Origin: Cyanophora paradoxa CCMP329
Lineage: Eukaryota; Plantae; Glaucophyta
Length of the DNA stretch: 64,000 nucleotides
Reading direction: 5' to 3'
NCBI GenBank assembly: GCA_004431415.1
Contig: QPMI01000127.1
Location: forward strand, 186,001-250,000
Position 1 is the stretch's first letter. Each line of letters starts with the position of its first letter. A program made the translations under genes and the position numbers. Shown here in pieces: positions 1 to 8,995 of the stretch. The notes under the pieces were generated by a model. The model did not search any database. It saw only the letters and a program-made list of their open reading frames with translations, and was not told the DNA's origin.

Positions 1-411
1 CTGCTGAAGGTCGTCCTGAGGTGGCACTGCGACAGGCGGACTTGGCGCCTGCTCCTTGGGCGCCTCCACCCGCTCCTTGACAGACGTTGGCTCCTTCTCC
101 GGCACAACGTTGGCGTTTCTGTCGAACTTGACGCGCAGAACCTTGTTTCCCCATGAGCGCTGCCTGTCGATCTCCGCCTGGACGGCAGGGCCAAGCTCCT
201 CGATCTTGTCCTTGCTCGCCAGCGCCACCGGGATCCGCCCCACGTGGCTTGGCTGGCCCAGTATTCGGAAGTAAGCCCAGTCGCCGGGCGGCAGGCTCGC
301 GTACAGCCCCATCGGAAGCTTGTAGGCGTGGCGGTCGACGACGCGCGGTTTGCGCTTGCCCTCCTTGCTGCCACATGAGCGCTTGCGCTTCTTGACAGTC
401 GCGTCCGCCAT
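1..411 (-). CDS. Hypothetical protein with N-terminal NLS-like KKRKR; runs off the window start
   Basis: ATG at 411, open for 137 codons to base 1 (MADATVKKRKRSCGSKEGKRKPR...). TATA-like, Inr-like and dyad motifs lie upstream. Confidence 0.75.
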   Translation of the reverse strand, partial: MADATVKKRKRSCGSKEGKRKPRVVDRHAYKLPMGLYASLPPGDWAYFRILGQPSHVGRIPVALASKDKIEELGPAVQAEIDRQRSWGNKVLRVKFDRNANVVPEKEPTSVKERVEAPKEQAPSPPVAVPPQDDLQQ

Positions 412-456
412 TGCGCCACCCAGAGTGAGCCCGCCCCGCTCGCCCGCCCCTATAAA
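403..456 (-). promoter_or_regulatory. Pol II-like core promoter and leader, shared with the 644-1192 gene
   Basis: 403-439 matches 1184-1220 at 35/37 nt. Minus strand has Inr-like TCACTCT (428-422), TTTATA about 25-30 nt upstream, and GC boxes. Confidence 0.6.
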
Positions 457-464
457 GCCGCCCC

Positions 465-498
465 GAACCGCCCCCGTCCCCGCACCCAGGGGTGGTTC
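465..498. promoter_or_regulatory. 34-bp dyad copy
   Basis: GAACCGCCCC-N14-GGGGTGGTTC. Confidence 0.75.
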
Positions 499-507
499 CG
501 GGTCCGT

Positions 508-572
508 CGCCAACCCGAGCCGCCAACCCCAGCCGCCAACCCCAGCCGCCAACCCGAGCCCGCCAACCCGAG
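508..572. repeat. Tandem ~13-bp repeat GCCAACCCSAGCC, 5 copies
   Basis: Directly visible in the intergenic region. Confidence 0.8.
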
Positions 573-643
573 CGCACCCCAGCTTGGCAGAGGAAGGAGC
601 ACTTTATTCGAATATCTCAAATCTCTCTACGTGCACAGCGTGC

Positions 644-1192
644 TTACAAATCAGCAGGCTGAGGGTTGACGGGGTCGTTCCAAGTCGGGTTCGCGTCACA
701 GCCGAAGATGAAAGTAGCGCAGCGGGGTTTACGGAAGTGGGTGCGTGGATACGGCAGCTCGATCGGGCCGCCTTCAGGCCACTCCGAGCGCCACTCGCAC
801 CCCAGCCCCCCAAGGATGCCACGGATGCGCTCCTCGTCCGTGATTGGAGCACGGTTCGTCTTCTCGCACCACTCGCGGTACAGGTCGAGCAGGTCCTCCT
901 TTCGGATATACCACTTCTTGTAAGTGCGGTCGTCCCGTGTAATCGTGGCATCCAGCTCAACCTTGATGCGCCCGGTCTGCATGAAAGAGGCAAAGCAGCC
1001 CTCCGGTTGCGCCGCCAGCTTCCGTGCACGCGCCCCGCGCTCCAGAGCTGCGTCGTAGGCGCAGCGCCTCTTCTTGACCTCGGTCTCCAGGGCCCGCACC
1101 TCCGCTTGAGCTTGCTCGGAGCGCTTGATGACTTCCATCATCTCCTCGAAGGTTGTCGCAATCTCGCGCTCAGCGCCCTCGATGTCCGCCAT
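644..1192 (-). CDS. Coiled-coil protein with a D5-C-terminal/winged-helix-like domain; paralog of 8996-9748
   Basis: LLDLYREWC...GCEWRSEWP...IELPYPR...FIFG aligns with MLDYLAWC...GCQRLAEWP...IRLPYPR...FFFG. Confidence 0.75.
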   Translation of the reverse strand: MADIEGAEREIATTFEEMMEVIKRSEQAQAEVRALETEVKKRRCAYDAALERGARARKLAAQPEGCFASFMQTGRIKVELDATITRDDRTYKKWYIRKEDLLDLYREWCEKTNRAPITDEERIRGILGGLGCEWRSEWPEGGPIELPYPRTHFRKPRCATFIFGCDANPTWNDPVNPQPADL

Positions 1193-1254
1193 CGCGCCGC
1201 CCAGAGTGAGCCCGCCCCGCCCGTCCCGGGCCCCCCAGCCCCGCACTGCCGCCA

Positions 1255-1288
1255 GAATCACCCCAGCCAGGGCCACCCGGGCCGATTC
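1255..1288. promoter_or_regulatory. 34-bp dyad copy
   Basis: GAATCACCCC-N14-GGGCCGATTC. Confidence 0.65.
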
Positions 1289-1849
1289 CCCGCGTCGCCG
1301 TACCCCCACCACGCCGCGCAACCCCATTCGTCCGTTTTTCACGCCCCGTCCAGGGCACCCCCACCCCGCTCAATAGCCCGCCAATCGCAACTCAATAGGC
1401 ATATATTCGGGTATATGTCCATTCACAGGGTGTATACATATACGCATACCGCGCGTCCCCGTCACAATCACCCCCCCTCCCCGTGCCTCCCCGCACCCGT
1501 ACCCCCGCACGCCTCGCCCCCACCCGCCCCCCGGTCGCTCCCAGGGGGGGTACCACCACCCTCGAAAAACGCAGGGTATTAGGACGACAACCTTAGTCAC
1601 GACGCTCGCTCACGGTAAGAACCACGGTTTCTACGGTCGTGGGACCAGTGGGCTAAGGTTGTCAACTCGGAACCCTGGGGATTTCGTGGGTCGGCGGTAC
1701 CCCCCCGGGACCGGCGTGCGGGGGGGTCGAGCCAGGCGTGGCCCGCCACGGGTACGCCGACCCGCCACCGCCACGCGTGACTCCCGTGACTCCCGTGGCA
1801 CCCGTGACGCGGGCGGTGGGGTGCAGCCGCACGGGCCTGGTGTGAGCTT

Positions 1850-1904
1850 GCTAGGGCGCTCGCCCCTCGGGGTCCGGGCCGGGGGCCGGCGTGGGAAAGA
1901 TTTC
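1850..1904 (+). repeat. Cassette-boundary repeat, copy 1
   Basis: GCTAGGGCGCTCGCCCCTCGGGGTCCGGGCCGGGGGCCGGCG followed by TGGGAAAGATTTC; 41/42 identical to 4270-4311. Confidence 0.85.
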
Positions 1905-1926
1905 GGTGCGATTGTTGAGAGAGGGC

Positions 1927-2592
1927 ATGGAGCCGCGATTTGATCGTTTTGGCGAGCTTCCCGTCGAACTGCAGGCCAATATTCTCATCGACCAGCAGTC
2001 GGGGGTCCGTCAGAACAAAGAGAACCTGCACATGCTTCTGACAGATTGTCGCACGCGCTCGGCGCTCACGTCCGAGTGCAAATGGTTTGCGATGGCGGGG
2101 GGCGCTGCCATACGAGCACTGCCGAATGCATTTCTCCAGTTGGCAATGGCATGGGGTGGCGCGAGGCATGCAATGGGACGGGGGCCGCTCGACGACGGCA
2201 GCGATGTCTACGGCTATTTTCGCAATGTCGAACAAGGTCTTCAACGCATGATGGAGATCGTCTACGATCGAGCCAATCTACCCGGCCAGATCCCCCGGCT
2301 CCTTGAAATGGCCCGCGATTTTCGTCGCAGGTTCATTGACACTCCGCCGATTCAAGCGCTAGCCCTAGCTGCAGACGCGGCGTGGAGGGACTTGGACAGA
2401 GCGATGGATTCATTCTCAGGGACCGTGGATGAAATTGACAGGTTCGCCCCGCTCGCGGCCAAGGCCGCCCTGGCGGACCGCATCATGGCCCGGAAGGCGG
2501 AGGCCGCCGCCGCCGAAGCCGAGGCAGCCGCCCGCCGCTTCCGCCGTCGATCCCGCCCCCGCCGCCGAACCCGATCCCGTCGCGGGGGCTAG
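1927..2592 (+). CDS. F-box-like protein with Arg-rich C-terminal tail
   Basis: N-terminal FGELPVELQANIL; ends AAARRFRRRSRPRRRTRSRRGG. Confidence 0.75.
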   Translation: MEPRFDRFGELPVELQANILIDQQSGVRQNKENLHMLLTDCRTRSALTSECKWFAMAGGAAIRALPNAFLQLAMAWGGARHAMGRGPLDDGSDVYGYFRNVEQGLQRMMEIVYDRANLPGQIPRLLEMARDFRRRFIDTPPIQALALAADAAWRDLDRAMDSFSGTVDEIDRFAPLAAKAALADRIMARKAEAAAAEAEAAARRFRRRSRPRRRTRSRRGG

Positions 2593-2626
2593 GGCACTCT
2601 CCCCTCAGGATCCGGGCGGGGCGGAG
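2588..2626 (+). repeat. Cassette-boundary repeat, copy 2
   Basis: GCTAGGGCACTCTCCCCTCAGGATCCGGGCGGGGGCGG; contains the TAG stop of the upstream gene. Confidence 0.75.
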
Positions 2627-2629
2627 GGT

Positions 2630-3289
2630 TTACATGGGCCTGTCGAGAGGAAGCTTACGGGGAGCCTGCGTCGCTTTGTTTGGCGTTAAGGGTTCGGAGA
2701 TCTGGATGTACTCGCCAGCAACCTCAAAGTCGTTCGGGGTCGTGTATTCGAAGGGCGGGTGGTACAATCGTCGTGCCCAGTGTCGGACTCCGCGCATTGC
2801 GGCTTGAAGGGGGCCCGCCATGGGGAAGCTTTCGTACATCCAGTATGCGCCCGCGAAAGCTGGCTGAACGCCATATGCATCCCGATAGTACGGGGCGGCG
2901 CCTTTCACGGCGGGTTCGATTTTGAAGCGCGATTGATATGGGTCTGCCACAAACCCCTGCTCGATCGCGACATCGATAATCGATCTAATCATCAGGCGCC
3001 CCAGGCCCTCAGTATAGAGCCTAAGATCTCGAGGCCCATTCCAGTTGTAGTTGTACAATCGCGTGATGACAATGTCGCTGTTATCCCTCGAAAGTTTGGC
3101 ATGTGCGTCTGCAATTGGGAAGCCATCGTCTCTCTTTATGGTCACTGAGGCAAGGGTCCCCTCGGAGCTATCGATATCCATCAGATGCACGTCTAGCCAT
3201 ATTGCAAGCAGACCCCCCTCCCTGGTTGGGGCCAATCGACCAGGGATAGCGTATCGCCGCCTGGCGTACGTGATATCCGTGAAACCCAT
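2630..3289 (-). CDS. Putative GNAT-fold acetyltransferase, inverted within the array
   Basis: YTEGLGRLMIRSII resembles GNAT motif A and AAPYYRDAYG resembles motif B; visibly lower GC. Confidence 0.55.
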   Translation of the reverse strand: MGFTDITYARRRYAIPGRLAPTREGGLLAIWLDVHLMDIDSSEGTLASVTIKRDDGFPIADAHAKLSRDNSDIVITRLYNYNWNGPRDLRLYTEGLGRLMIRSIIDVAIEQGFVADPYQSRFKIEPAVKGAAPYYRDAYGVQPAFAGAYWMYESFPMAGPLQAAMRGVRHWARRLYHPPFEYTTPNDFEVAGEYIQISEPLTPNKATQAPRKLPLDRPM

Positions 3290-3315
3290 TTCACTCGAGG
3301 GCGCGATTCTTTTTG

Positions 3316-3408
3316 GCCGCCCGCCGCTTCCGCCGCCGACCCCGCCCCCGTCGCTAGGGCACTCGCCCCCCTCGGGACCCGGGCCGGAGTCGGCACGGGA
3401 AAGATTTC
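3316..3408 (+). repeat. Orphan Arg-tail coding remnant plus boundary repeat, copy 3
   Basis: 3316-3357 reads AARRFRRRPRPRR* with no in-frame ATG (stops at 3271 and 3280), then GCTAGGGCACTCGCCCCC...GGGAAAGATTTC. Confidence 0.8.
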
Positions 3409-3428
3409 TGGGTGTTTGACAAGACACC

Positions 3429-4274
3429 ATGTGGTCTTTTTTGGGGGGCTTGTCTTCTACGAAGCCCGGATCGTTTTCAGACTTCATACAGTCGGAGCAG
3501 CCGATGTCTGCCGAGATTGGGCGCGAATCGCCTCTGGTCCCCTTGCTTTCCATAAATGGCGTCAACGAGAACATCGCCAGATGGCTGGACCCGCGCGATC
3601 TGGTGGCACTGTACCAGACATGCCCGCGGACACGGGAGGGGATGCGGGGCCCCGTGGCCGATGCCTGCGCTAAGGCCTTCCTCGCTTCCAGGCCCTGGAA
3701 AAGGCGACGTGGTCTTGCGGCGCTAGAGGAGGCGGCTTATAAAATCAAGATCTTCGCACGGGATCATGGGGGTATCTTCCAGCTGATCCGGGATATATTC
3801 GGAAATTCCGTAAACATCCGGCCCGGTATCCCAGTTGCAGCAACACACGAAAGTGAGAGGAAAATGCACGAGGCAGTTGCTAACCCAACAGTAGATACTG
3901 TGCTGGCATTCCCTCCGATGACCGTGCATATCCTCAAAGCGGCACTCCACGCCTACATTCCTCAGTGGACGCGCGATGCAATACTTCGCCAAGACCGGCT
4001 CTATGCGGCGTTCAAAGCAATGGAGCATCTCGAGACCTTGACCAGGGTAGGCAATCATCCATCGGTCCTGCCTGTTTCAGCCCTGCCTTTTTCCGTGAGC
4101 GCTGAAGATCTGGACGCCCCCGTTGCAACATGGTCCCCCATGACTCTGGCAGAGTGGGAGGCCGCGAACCCGCGCCCCGTGCAACCAGTCCGCCCGCCCA
4201 GACCACCCGCCGCCGCCCGCCGCTTCCGCCGCCACCGAACCCGCCGCCGAACCCGATCCCGCCGCAGGGGCTAG
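3429..4274 (+). CDS. F-box-like protein with WEAANP motif and Arg-rich tail
   Basis: IARWLDPRDLVALYQTCPRTR; WEAANPRPV; ends AAARRFRRHRTRRRTRSRRRG. Confidence 0.8.
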   Translation: MWSFLGGLSSTKPGSFSDFIQSEQPMSAEIGRESPLVPLLSINGVNENIARWLDPRDLVALYQTCPRTREGMRGPVADACAKAFLASRPWKRRRGLAALEEAAYKIKIFARDHGGIFQLIRDIFGNSVNIRPGIPVAATHESERKMHEAVANPTVDTVLAFPPMTVHILKAALHAYIPQWTRDAILRQDRLYAAFKAMEHLETLTRVGNHPSVLPVSALPFSVSAEDLDAPVATWSPMTLAEWEAANPRPVQPVRPPRPPAAARRFRRHRTRRRTRSRRRG

Positions 4275-4311
4275 GGCGCTCGCCCCTCGGGGTCCGGGCC
4301 GGGGGTCGGCG
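4270..4311 (+). repeat. Cassette-boundary repeat, copy 4
   Basis: 41/42 identical to 1850-1891. Confidence 0.85.
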
Positions 4312-4333
4312 CCAATTTTCTCTGCCACCGGGT

Positions 4334-5323
4334 ATGGTCCCGCGGGCAGCGAGGATGTCGCGCTTCGCCTTCATCAACGAGCTCCCCCACATGCAGCGTC
4401 TCGCGCGGCTCATACGCCTGGGCGAGTCGTTCCAGCGGGGCGTGCTCGGCACGACGCGGGAGGTCGTCGGAGACATGCCTGCCCCCCCCGTCCTCGCGGA
4501 GCCAAACGTGGACGTTGCCCAGCAATTCGGCGTCGATATGATGGGGTTCATGTACAAGATCGCGGGGAACATCCCCCCGTACGTCCGGCTGCCCAGGCTC
4601 AGGGGAATGTTCCTCCAATTCAAGCGCGAGCTCGTCGCCGTCGCCCTCCTGTGCCAGGAACACCCCGGAAACGACCTGAGAGCGTGCCTTTTCGACCCGC
4701 TGAACGAGATGTTCCTCAAGGGCCAGATCAAGGCTGTCGAGGACGAGGCGAACCTCATGCAGTTGGCGCTCGTTCAAGTTGCGTACTACCTGATCCCACG
4801 CGACTGGATACGGGGTCCGATCCGCCTCCGGCAGGCCTGCCTTGAGGAAATCTGGACCTTCTACGCATTCGTGGACAGGCATTTCTCCACGGGGGCACGG
4901 CAGCGGCCCATTCCGCAATTTCTTCGGAAGCTCTGGAACAGGGAGCCCGATCGCGAGAGATCAAGATTGCGTTCGCTAGACTACGAGAAGCTCGTCGAAT
5001 ACTTGGCCATGGCGACACGCCTCAAGACCATCGTGAAGCTCTATATAAACCCCCCGGGCCCGGCGGTGCTGAGCGACGACGACTTCGATCGAATTATGCA
5101 GTTTGCCTACGACAATCGGCAGGTAATCGACCTGCACCCATTCGGCGAGCGGGCATACAGCGACAAGGCCCTCGAAATCACGCGCGGCCTGACGGAAGGC
5201 GATGAGGTCCCCGTCATCCCCGTCATCCCCGTCGCCCTTCAGGCCCCCCGCCAGCTCCGCGACCCGGCGGACGGCATGTACGCCGCGCGCGGCTACACGC
5301 GCCCCGCGTCCCGCTGGGGCTAG
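4334..5323 (+). CDS. Hypothetical helical protein with degenerate tail (YAARGYTRPASRWG)
   Basis: Long ORF with coding-like composition; its stop lies inside the boundary repeat. Confidence 0.75.
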   Translation: MVPRAARMSRFAFINELPHMQRLARLIRLGESFQRGVLGTTREVVGDMPAPPVLAEPNVDVAQQFGVDMMGFMYKIAGNIPPYVRLPRLRGMFLQFKRELVAVALLCQEHPGNDLRACLFDPLNEMFLKGQIKAVEDEANLMQLALVQVAYYLIPRDWIRGPIRLRQACLEEIWTFYAFVDRHFSTGARQRPIPQFLRKLWNREPDRERSRLRSLDYEKLVEYLAMATRLKTIVKLYINPPGPAVLSDDDFDRIMQFAYDNRQVIDLHPFGERAYSDKALEITRGLTEGDEVPVIPVIPVALQAPRQLRDPADGMYAARGYTRPASRWG

Positions 5324-5370
5324 GGCGCTCGGTGCTCGGCGTCCGGGGCGGTGGGCCGGCGCGGCGTTTC
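5319..5370 (+). repeat. Cassette-boundary repeat, copy 5 (degenerate)
   Basis: GCTAGGGCGCTCGGTGCTCGGCGTCCGGGGCGGTGGGCCGGCG. Confidence 0.65.
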
Positions 5371-5382
5371 TTGTCGGCCTGA

Positions 5383-6036
5383 ATGCAAGGGGCAGAGATG
5401 GACGTGTACATCCCGCCGCATGATGGCGCGTGGAGGGGCGCCGGCCGCCGCACCCTGGTCTTCGCGGACGTGGCGCGCGAGGCCGCGGCGCTCATCCGCG
5501 CCGGCGGGCTGCGCATCGAGGACGACGAGTACTCCCAGGTGGAGCCGGCGAGCTACGAGCCGCTTGCGCGCATAAACGAGCTGGGGCTCGTCACGTTCGA
5601 CAGCCAGGACGCGCGGCCCTCGGCGGGCGACACGGAGAGGCCGTACGTCGAGGGGTTCATGTTGCCCGGTGCCGCCGAAGCCTTCGTGGACGCGTTCAAC
5701 GCCTCCACCGACAAGGTGGCGCTCCTCCTGCACCCCAGCTCGGACCACGCCTGGGCCTCCCGGGTGATCGTGACTCGTCGAGGCGATGGGCACCCCGAGT
5801 CGTGGCAGCAACTGCGCATCGACCCCGAGTCCTACGCGTGGCAGCAGCGCCGGATGGGCCTCCGCCCCGGCGGCTCCCTCCTGGTGGCGTGCATCGACCC
5901 CAAGTGGGGGCGGCGGGCCACCGGGCCCGGCGGGCTCTTCGGCGACGTCGTTCGCGTCCTCGAGGGGCTCGCGGGGGTCCCGCCCTCGCGCTCGGCCGCC
6001 GCCGCGCGCGTCCGCCGCCGGTCCCGCCGGGGGTAG
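5383..6036 (+). CDS. Hypothetical protein with short Arg tail
   Basis: LARINELGLVTFDSQ...ERPYVEGFM; ends AAAARVRRRSRRG. Confidence 0.75.
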   Translation: MQGAEMDVYIPPHDGAWRGAGRRTLVFADVAREAAALIRAGGLRIEDDEYSQVEPASYEPLARINELGLVTFDSQDARPSAGDTERPYVEGFMLPGAAEAFVDAFNASTDKVALLLHPSSDHAWASRVIVTRRGDGHPESWQQLRIDPESYAWQQRRMGLRPGGSLLVACIDPKWGRRATGPGGLFGDVVRVLEGLAGVPPSRSAAAARVRRRSRRG

Positions 6037-6071
6037 GGGCCAGTTTTTTCTTTTTCAAGTGATAAAGTACA

Positions 6072-6344
6072 ATGGCCACGTACGGACCGCATCTGCCCCC
6101 CCCTGAATATCTTGCCGTCGAGTTAACAAAGCATTTGATTGAAAAACCGGGGCAGCCAATCCCTTCGGACTTGCAGCGCCTTCTGGATCTGAGAGAGGCA
6201 GCACGGCCCCGGTTCACGTCGCCGTACCGGCGCCGGCGCCGGAGCCGATCGCCCCTGCGCCGGTACCGAGCCTCGTCTTACTCGCGGCGCCGGCGCGCCG
6301 CTCGGAGGTCGCGGTCGAAGTCGCGCGCCCGCCGCCGGCGCTGA
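6072..6344 (+). CDS. Small protamine-like basic protein
   Basis: C-terminal half is R/S-rich; AT-rich motif directly upstream. Confidence 0.7.
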   Translation: MATYGPHLPPPEYLAVELTKHLIEKPGQPIPSDLQRLLDLREAARPRFTSPYRRRRRSRSPLRRYRASSYSRRRRAARRSRSKSRARRRR

Positions 6345-6398
6345 GGGGCGAGGGGCCCGCGAGCCTGCGAAAAGTTACTTTGGTTAGTGTATCGCGCG

Positions 6399-7235
6399 AT
6401 GAAGCGCCCCCTCGAGCTCAAGCCGCCCTTCGACCTGACCCCCGCCGCGCCCCCGCCCGAGGCGTCCCTGCTGGGCGTCCTGGGCGCGGTCAGCCCCGAT
6501 GTCTTCGGGAAACTTTCGCCCGAATCGCGGTGCGCGCTGACCCAAGTGAACCAGCACACGCGGCGGACCTACCCGGAGTACGAGCAGGCCCTGCACGGCG
6601 CGTGGGCGCGGCACGGCGCGGAGCTGGCCGCTTGGCGCGCCCGGCGCGCTCGGGTGGCGCTGGGGAACGCGCTCAAAATGTTCGCGACGCTCGACGAACG
6701 GACGGAGGTCGCGTTTCCGAAGATCGAGCGGACGCTGCCGGATATCAGGGGCAATCTCCGACTGGCGATCAGGGCACGAGCGCCCGTGCGGGCGGCGTTC
6801 GCCGCCGGCGCCACCCCCACCGCCGGCGAGCTCCTCGCGTGCGTCCAGGCCCTCAGGGTTCTGTATACCAGCGCGGCCGCCGAAGCCGGGATGCTCGAGC
6901 TCAAGTTGTCACAGGGCAAGCGCGGCTCGGTCTGGACCGAGATCTACAGGAGGCAGAACGACCTTGCCCAGCGGACCCTCGCCCTCCTCGGCGCGGGGGA
7001 GGTCATCGCGCGCCTCGGGCCCGCGACTCGCCTTACGATCACGGAGTTAACTCCGCCCTCCATGGCCGACTGGGAGGCCGCGAACCCCCGCCCCGTGCCG
7101 CCCCCGCGCCCCCTCGTCGGTCCCGCCCCGGGCCCCGCCGCCGCCCGGCGCTACTCCCGCCGCAAAACCCGCCGCTCCAGGCGCACCCGATCGCGGTCCT
7201 CTCGTCCGCGTCGCCGCCGGACCCGCGGGGGGTAG
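6399..7235 (+). CDS. Divergent F-box-like/WEAANP family protein with Arg tail
   Basis: SLLGVLGAVSP...ALTQVNQHTRRTYPEY; DWEAANPRPVPPPRP; AAARRYSRRK tail. Confidence 0.8.
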   Translation: MKRPLELKPPFDLTPAAPPPEASLLGVLGAVSPDVFGKLSPESRCALTQVNQHTRRTYPEYEQALHGAWARHGAELAAWRARRARVALGNALKMFATLDERTEVAFPKIERTLPDIRGNLRLAIRARAPVRAAFAAGATPTAGELLACVQALRVLYTSAAAEAGMLELKLSQGKRGSVWTEIYRRQNDLAQRTLALLGAGEVIARLGPATRLTITELTPPSMADWEAANPRPVPPPRPLVGPAPGPAAARRYSRRKTRRSRRTRSRSSRPRRRRTRGG

Positions 7236-7261
7236 ATTTTCCGCATCTACAGTATCGCGCA

Positions 7262-8125
7262 ATGGACCGAAAGCGGCCTTCGCAGCCCCCCCCGTCCCTC
7301 GATCGCGACCTGGCCCCCGCCACATCCCCGCCCCCGGCGTCCCTGCTGGGCGTCCTGGGCGCGGTCAGTCCCCTTGTCGCGCGGAACATGTCGCCCCGAT
7401 CGCAGTACGCGATCTCCCAGGTAAGCCGGCATACCCGCCAGACGTACCCCGAGTATCAGCAGCCCCTGCGCGAGGCGTGGGCGCGGTTCAACGACGAGCT
7501 GTCGGCTTGGCGCCTCCGCCGCGCTCGGGCGGCGCTGGACGACGCATTTGGTAAGTTGGTGGTCGTCACCTTTGACTTAAACCGCCGCGTTCGATCTGCC
7601 GAGGAGCTCGTTCTCGGAAGACAGGACAGCAGGGAGGTCCAGGAGGCCCTACAGAGTTTGAAGGCGGCGAGGGTGGGTGTGAACGGGCCCGTATTCCCCT
7701 CGGCCGGCGAGATCCTTGCGTTTGCTCAGGCGATCGTGACGCTGTACGAGCGAGCCCTCTTGCTTTCGGCTCGGAGAGACCGGGAGTGGGCGTATCCAGG
7801 GTGGGTGGGCTCGAGCACCATCACCGATCGCTTCGACCTCGAGCTTTCCATGGCCAGGAGTGTCCTTGACACGCTCCAAATGGGGGAAGTCATTGCCCGC
7901 CTCGGTCCCGATGTCCGACCGGTTAGAGCTCGAGAGAGCATAAATTTAGACGACTGGGAGGCCGCGAACCCCCGCCCCGTGCCGCCCCCGCGCCCCCTCG
8001 TCGGTCCCGCCCCGGGCCCCGCCGCCGCCCGGCGCTACCCCCGCCGCCAAACCCGCCGCAACTCTCGCTCCAGGCGCACCCACCCCCGCCGCTCTCGCCG
8101 GTATCGCCGTTCCCGGCGTCGCTAG
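7262..8125 (+). CDS. Tandem paralog of 6399-7235
   Basis: Same N-terminal block; identical 87-bp block (7068-7154 vs 7952-8038); AAARRYPRR tail. Confidence 0.8.
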   Translation: MDRKRPSQPPPSLDRDLAPATSPPPASLLGVLGAVSPLVARNMSPRSQYAISQVSRHTRQTYPEYQQPLREAWARFNDELSAWRLRRARAALDDAFGKLVVVTFDLNRRVRSAEELVLGRQDSREVQEALQSLKAARVGVNGPVFPSAGEILAFAQAIVTLYERALLLSARRDREWAYPGWVGSSTITDRFDLELSMARSVLDTLQMGEVIARLGPDVRPVRARESINLDDWEAANPRPVPPPRPLVGPAPGPAAARRYPRRQTRRNSRSRRTHPRRSRRYRRSRRR

Positions 8126-8145
8126 GGCGGCGTCGCCCACCCGAC

Positions 8146-8177
8146 GAATCGCCCCGGAGCGGGGGCGGGGGTGATTC
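8146..8177. promoter_or_regulatory. Dyad copy (32-bp variant) followed by CCAAT
   Basis: GAATCGCCCC-N12-GGGGTGATTC, then CCAATC at 8179. Confidence 0.7.
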
Positions 8178-8258
8178 GCCAATCATTGCGTCAATATCTC
8201 CGCTCAAAAGGGCCGCGGCGGCTTGAGTCCGGCATTTTGCCACTCGGAAACGCCCCTC

Positions 8259-8943
8259 ATGGCCCCGCCAACCCAGCTCGCGCAAGCCGACCCCGCCTGG
8301 TTCGACCTGATGAAAAAGCTGCAGGGCGACAGCAGCTTCACGGCCCAGCGCGACGAGTACTCCGTCATCTCGGCGCTCGCCCAGGCCGCCCTGGAGACCC
8401 AGAGGGCCCACGGGGAGCTCAAGAGGGCGCTCGCGGCCGGGGCGCCGCCGGGGCGGAGGGAGGCCGCGCTGAAGCGCCTCAAGGAGGAGCTCTGGTTCGA
8501 GTTCAACTGGAGGGTCAACTTGGACTGCGTCGGCAGCGCGCACCGCGCAAAGCTCGCGGAACGGCTGTGGCAGCTCATGGACGACCCGGCGGCGGCGCTC
8601 GCCCACGTCTCCAGCACCACGCGGGCCTGGCGAGTGACGCTGCGGTCGGTCCTGCGGGACGCTCGGGACGCCGGCATCCGCGGCACGTGCCTCGACCCGC
8701 AGCTGGTCGAGCGGATGGCGCTCCTCTCGGAGGCGCAGGTGGACAGCCTCGGCCTGCGACCACGTCGTGTCCGTCGCGCGCGCCCCGGCCCCCGGCGGCG
8801 AGTTCGAGAGTATCCTCATCGTCGTCGACGAGACCGGGTGCAGCTGGGACCTCCTCGCCGACATTGCGCGCTTCGCCAGCGCGGACGAGGCGCGGCGGCG
8901 CGCCGAGGAGTTCGCCCGCGCCCTCGGCTTCCCCCCCGCGTAG
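8259..8943 (+). pseudogene. Frameshifted or internally deleted paralog of 9990-10958
   Basis: N-terminus PAWFDLMKKL...QRDE matches PTWLDLAKHL...QRDH. After ~8750 another frame gives WDLLADIARF...AEEFARALGFPPA*, matching WYVLADTRAF...ALEFGRSLGFPPPK. Confidence 0.6.
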
Positions 8944-8995
8944 AGTTTCAAACAATGCAAGAGCCGTCTGATTCTCAAACAATACAAGAGCCTAT

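Noticed and set aside
350-1582. Long Pro/Arg-rich ORFs such as 350-1582, 26006-27976 and the 5' parts of 13708, 33970, 50110 and 53040
   Set aside because: These are GC-driven shadow frames overlapping better-supported genes or intergenic motifs.
1850-5370. CRISPR array or true attC integron
   Set aside because: The spacers are whole genes (0.7-1 kb), no cas or integrase gene is in the window, and attC R/L boxes are not evident.
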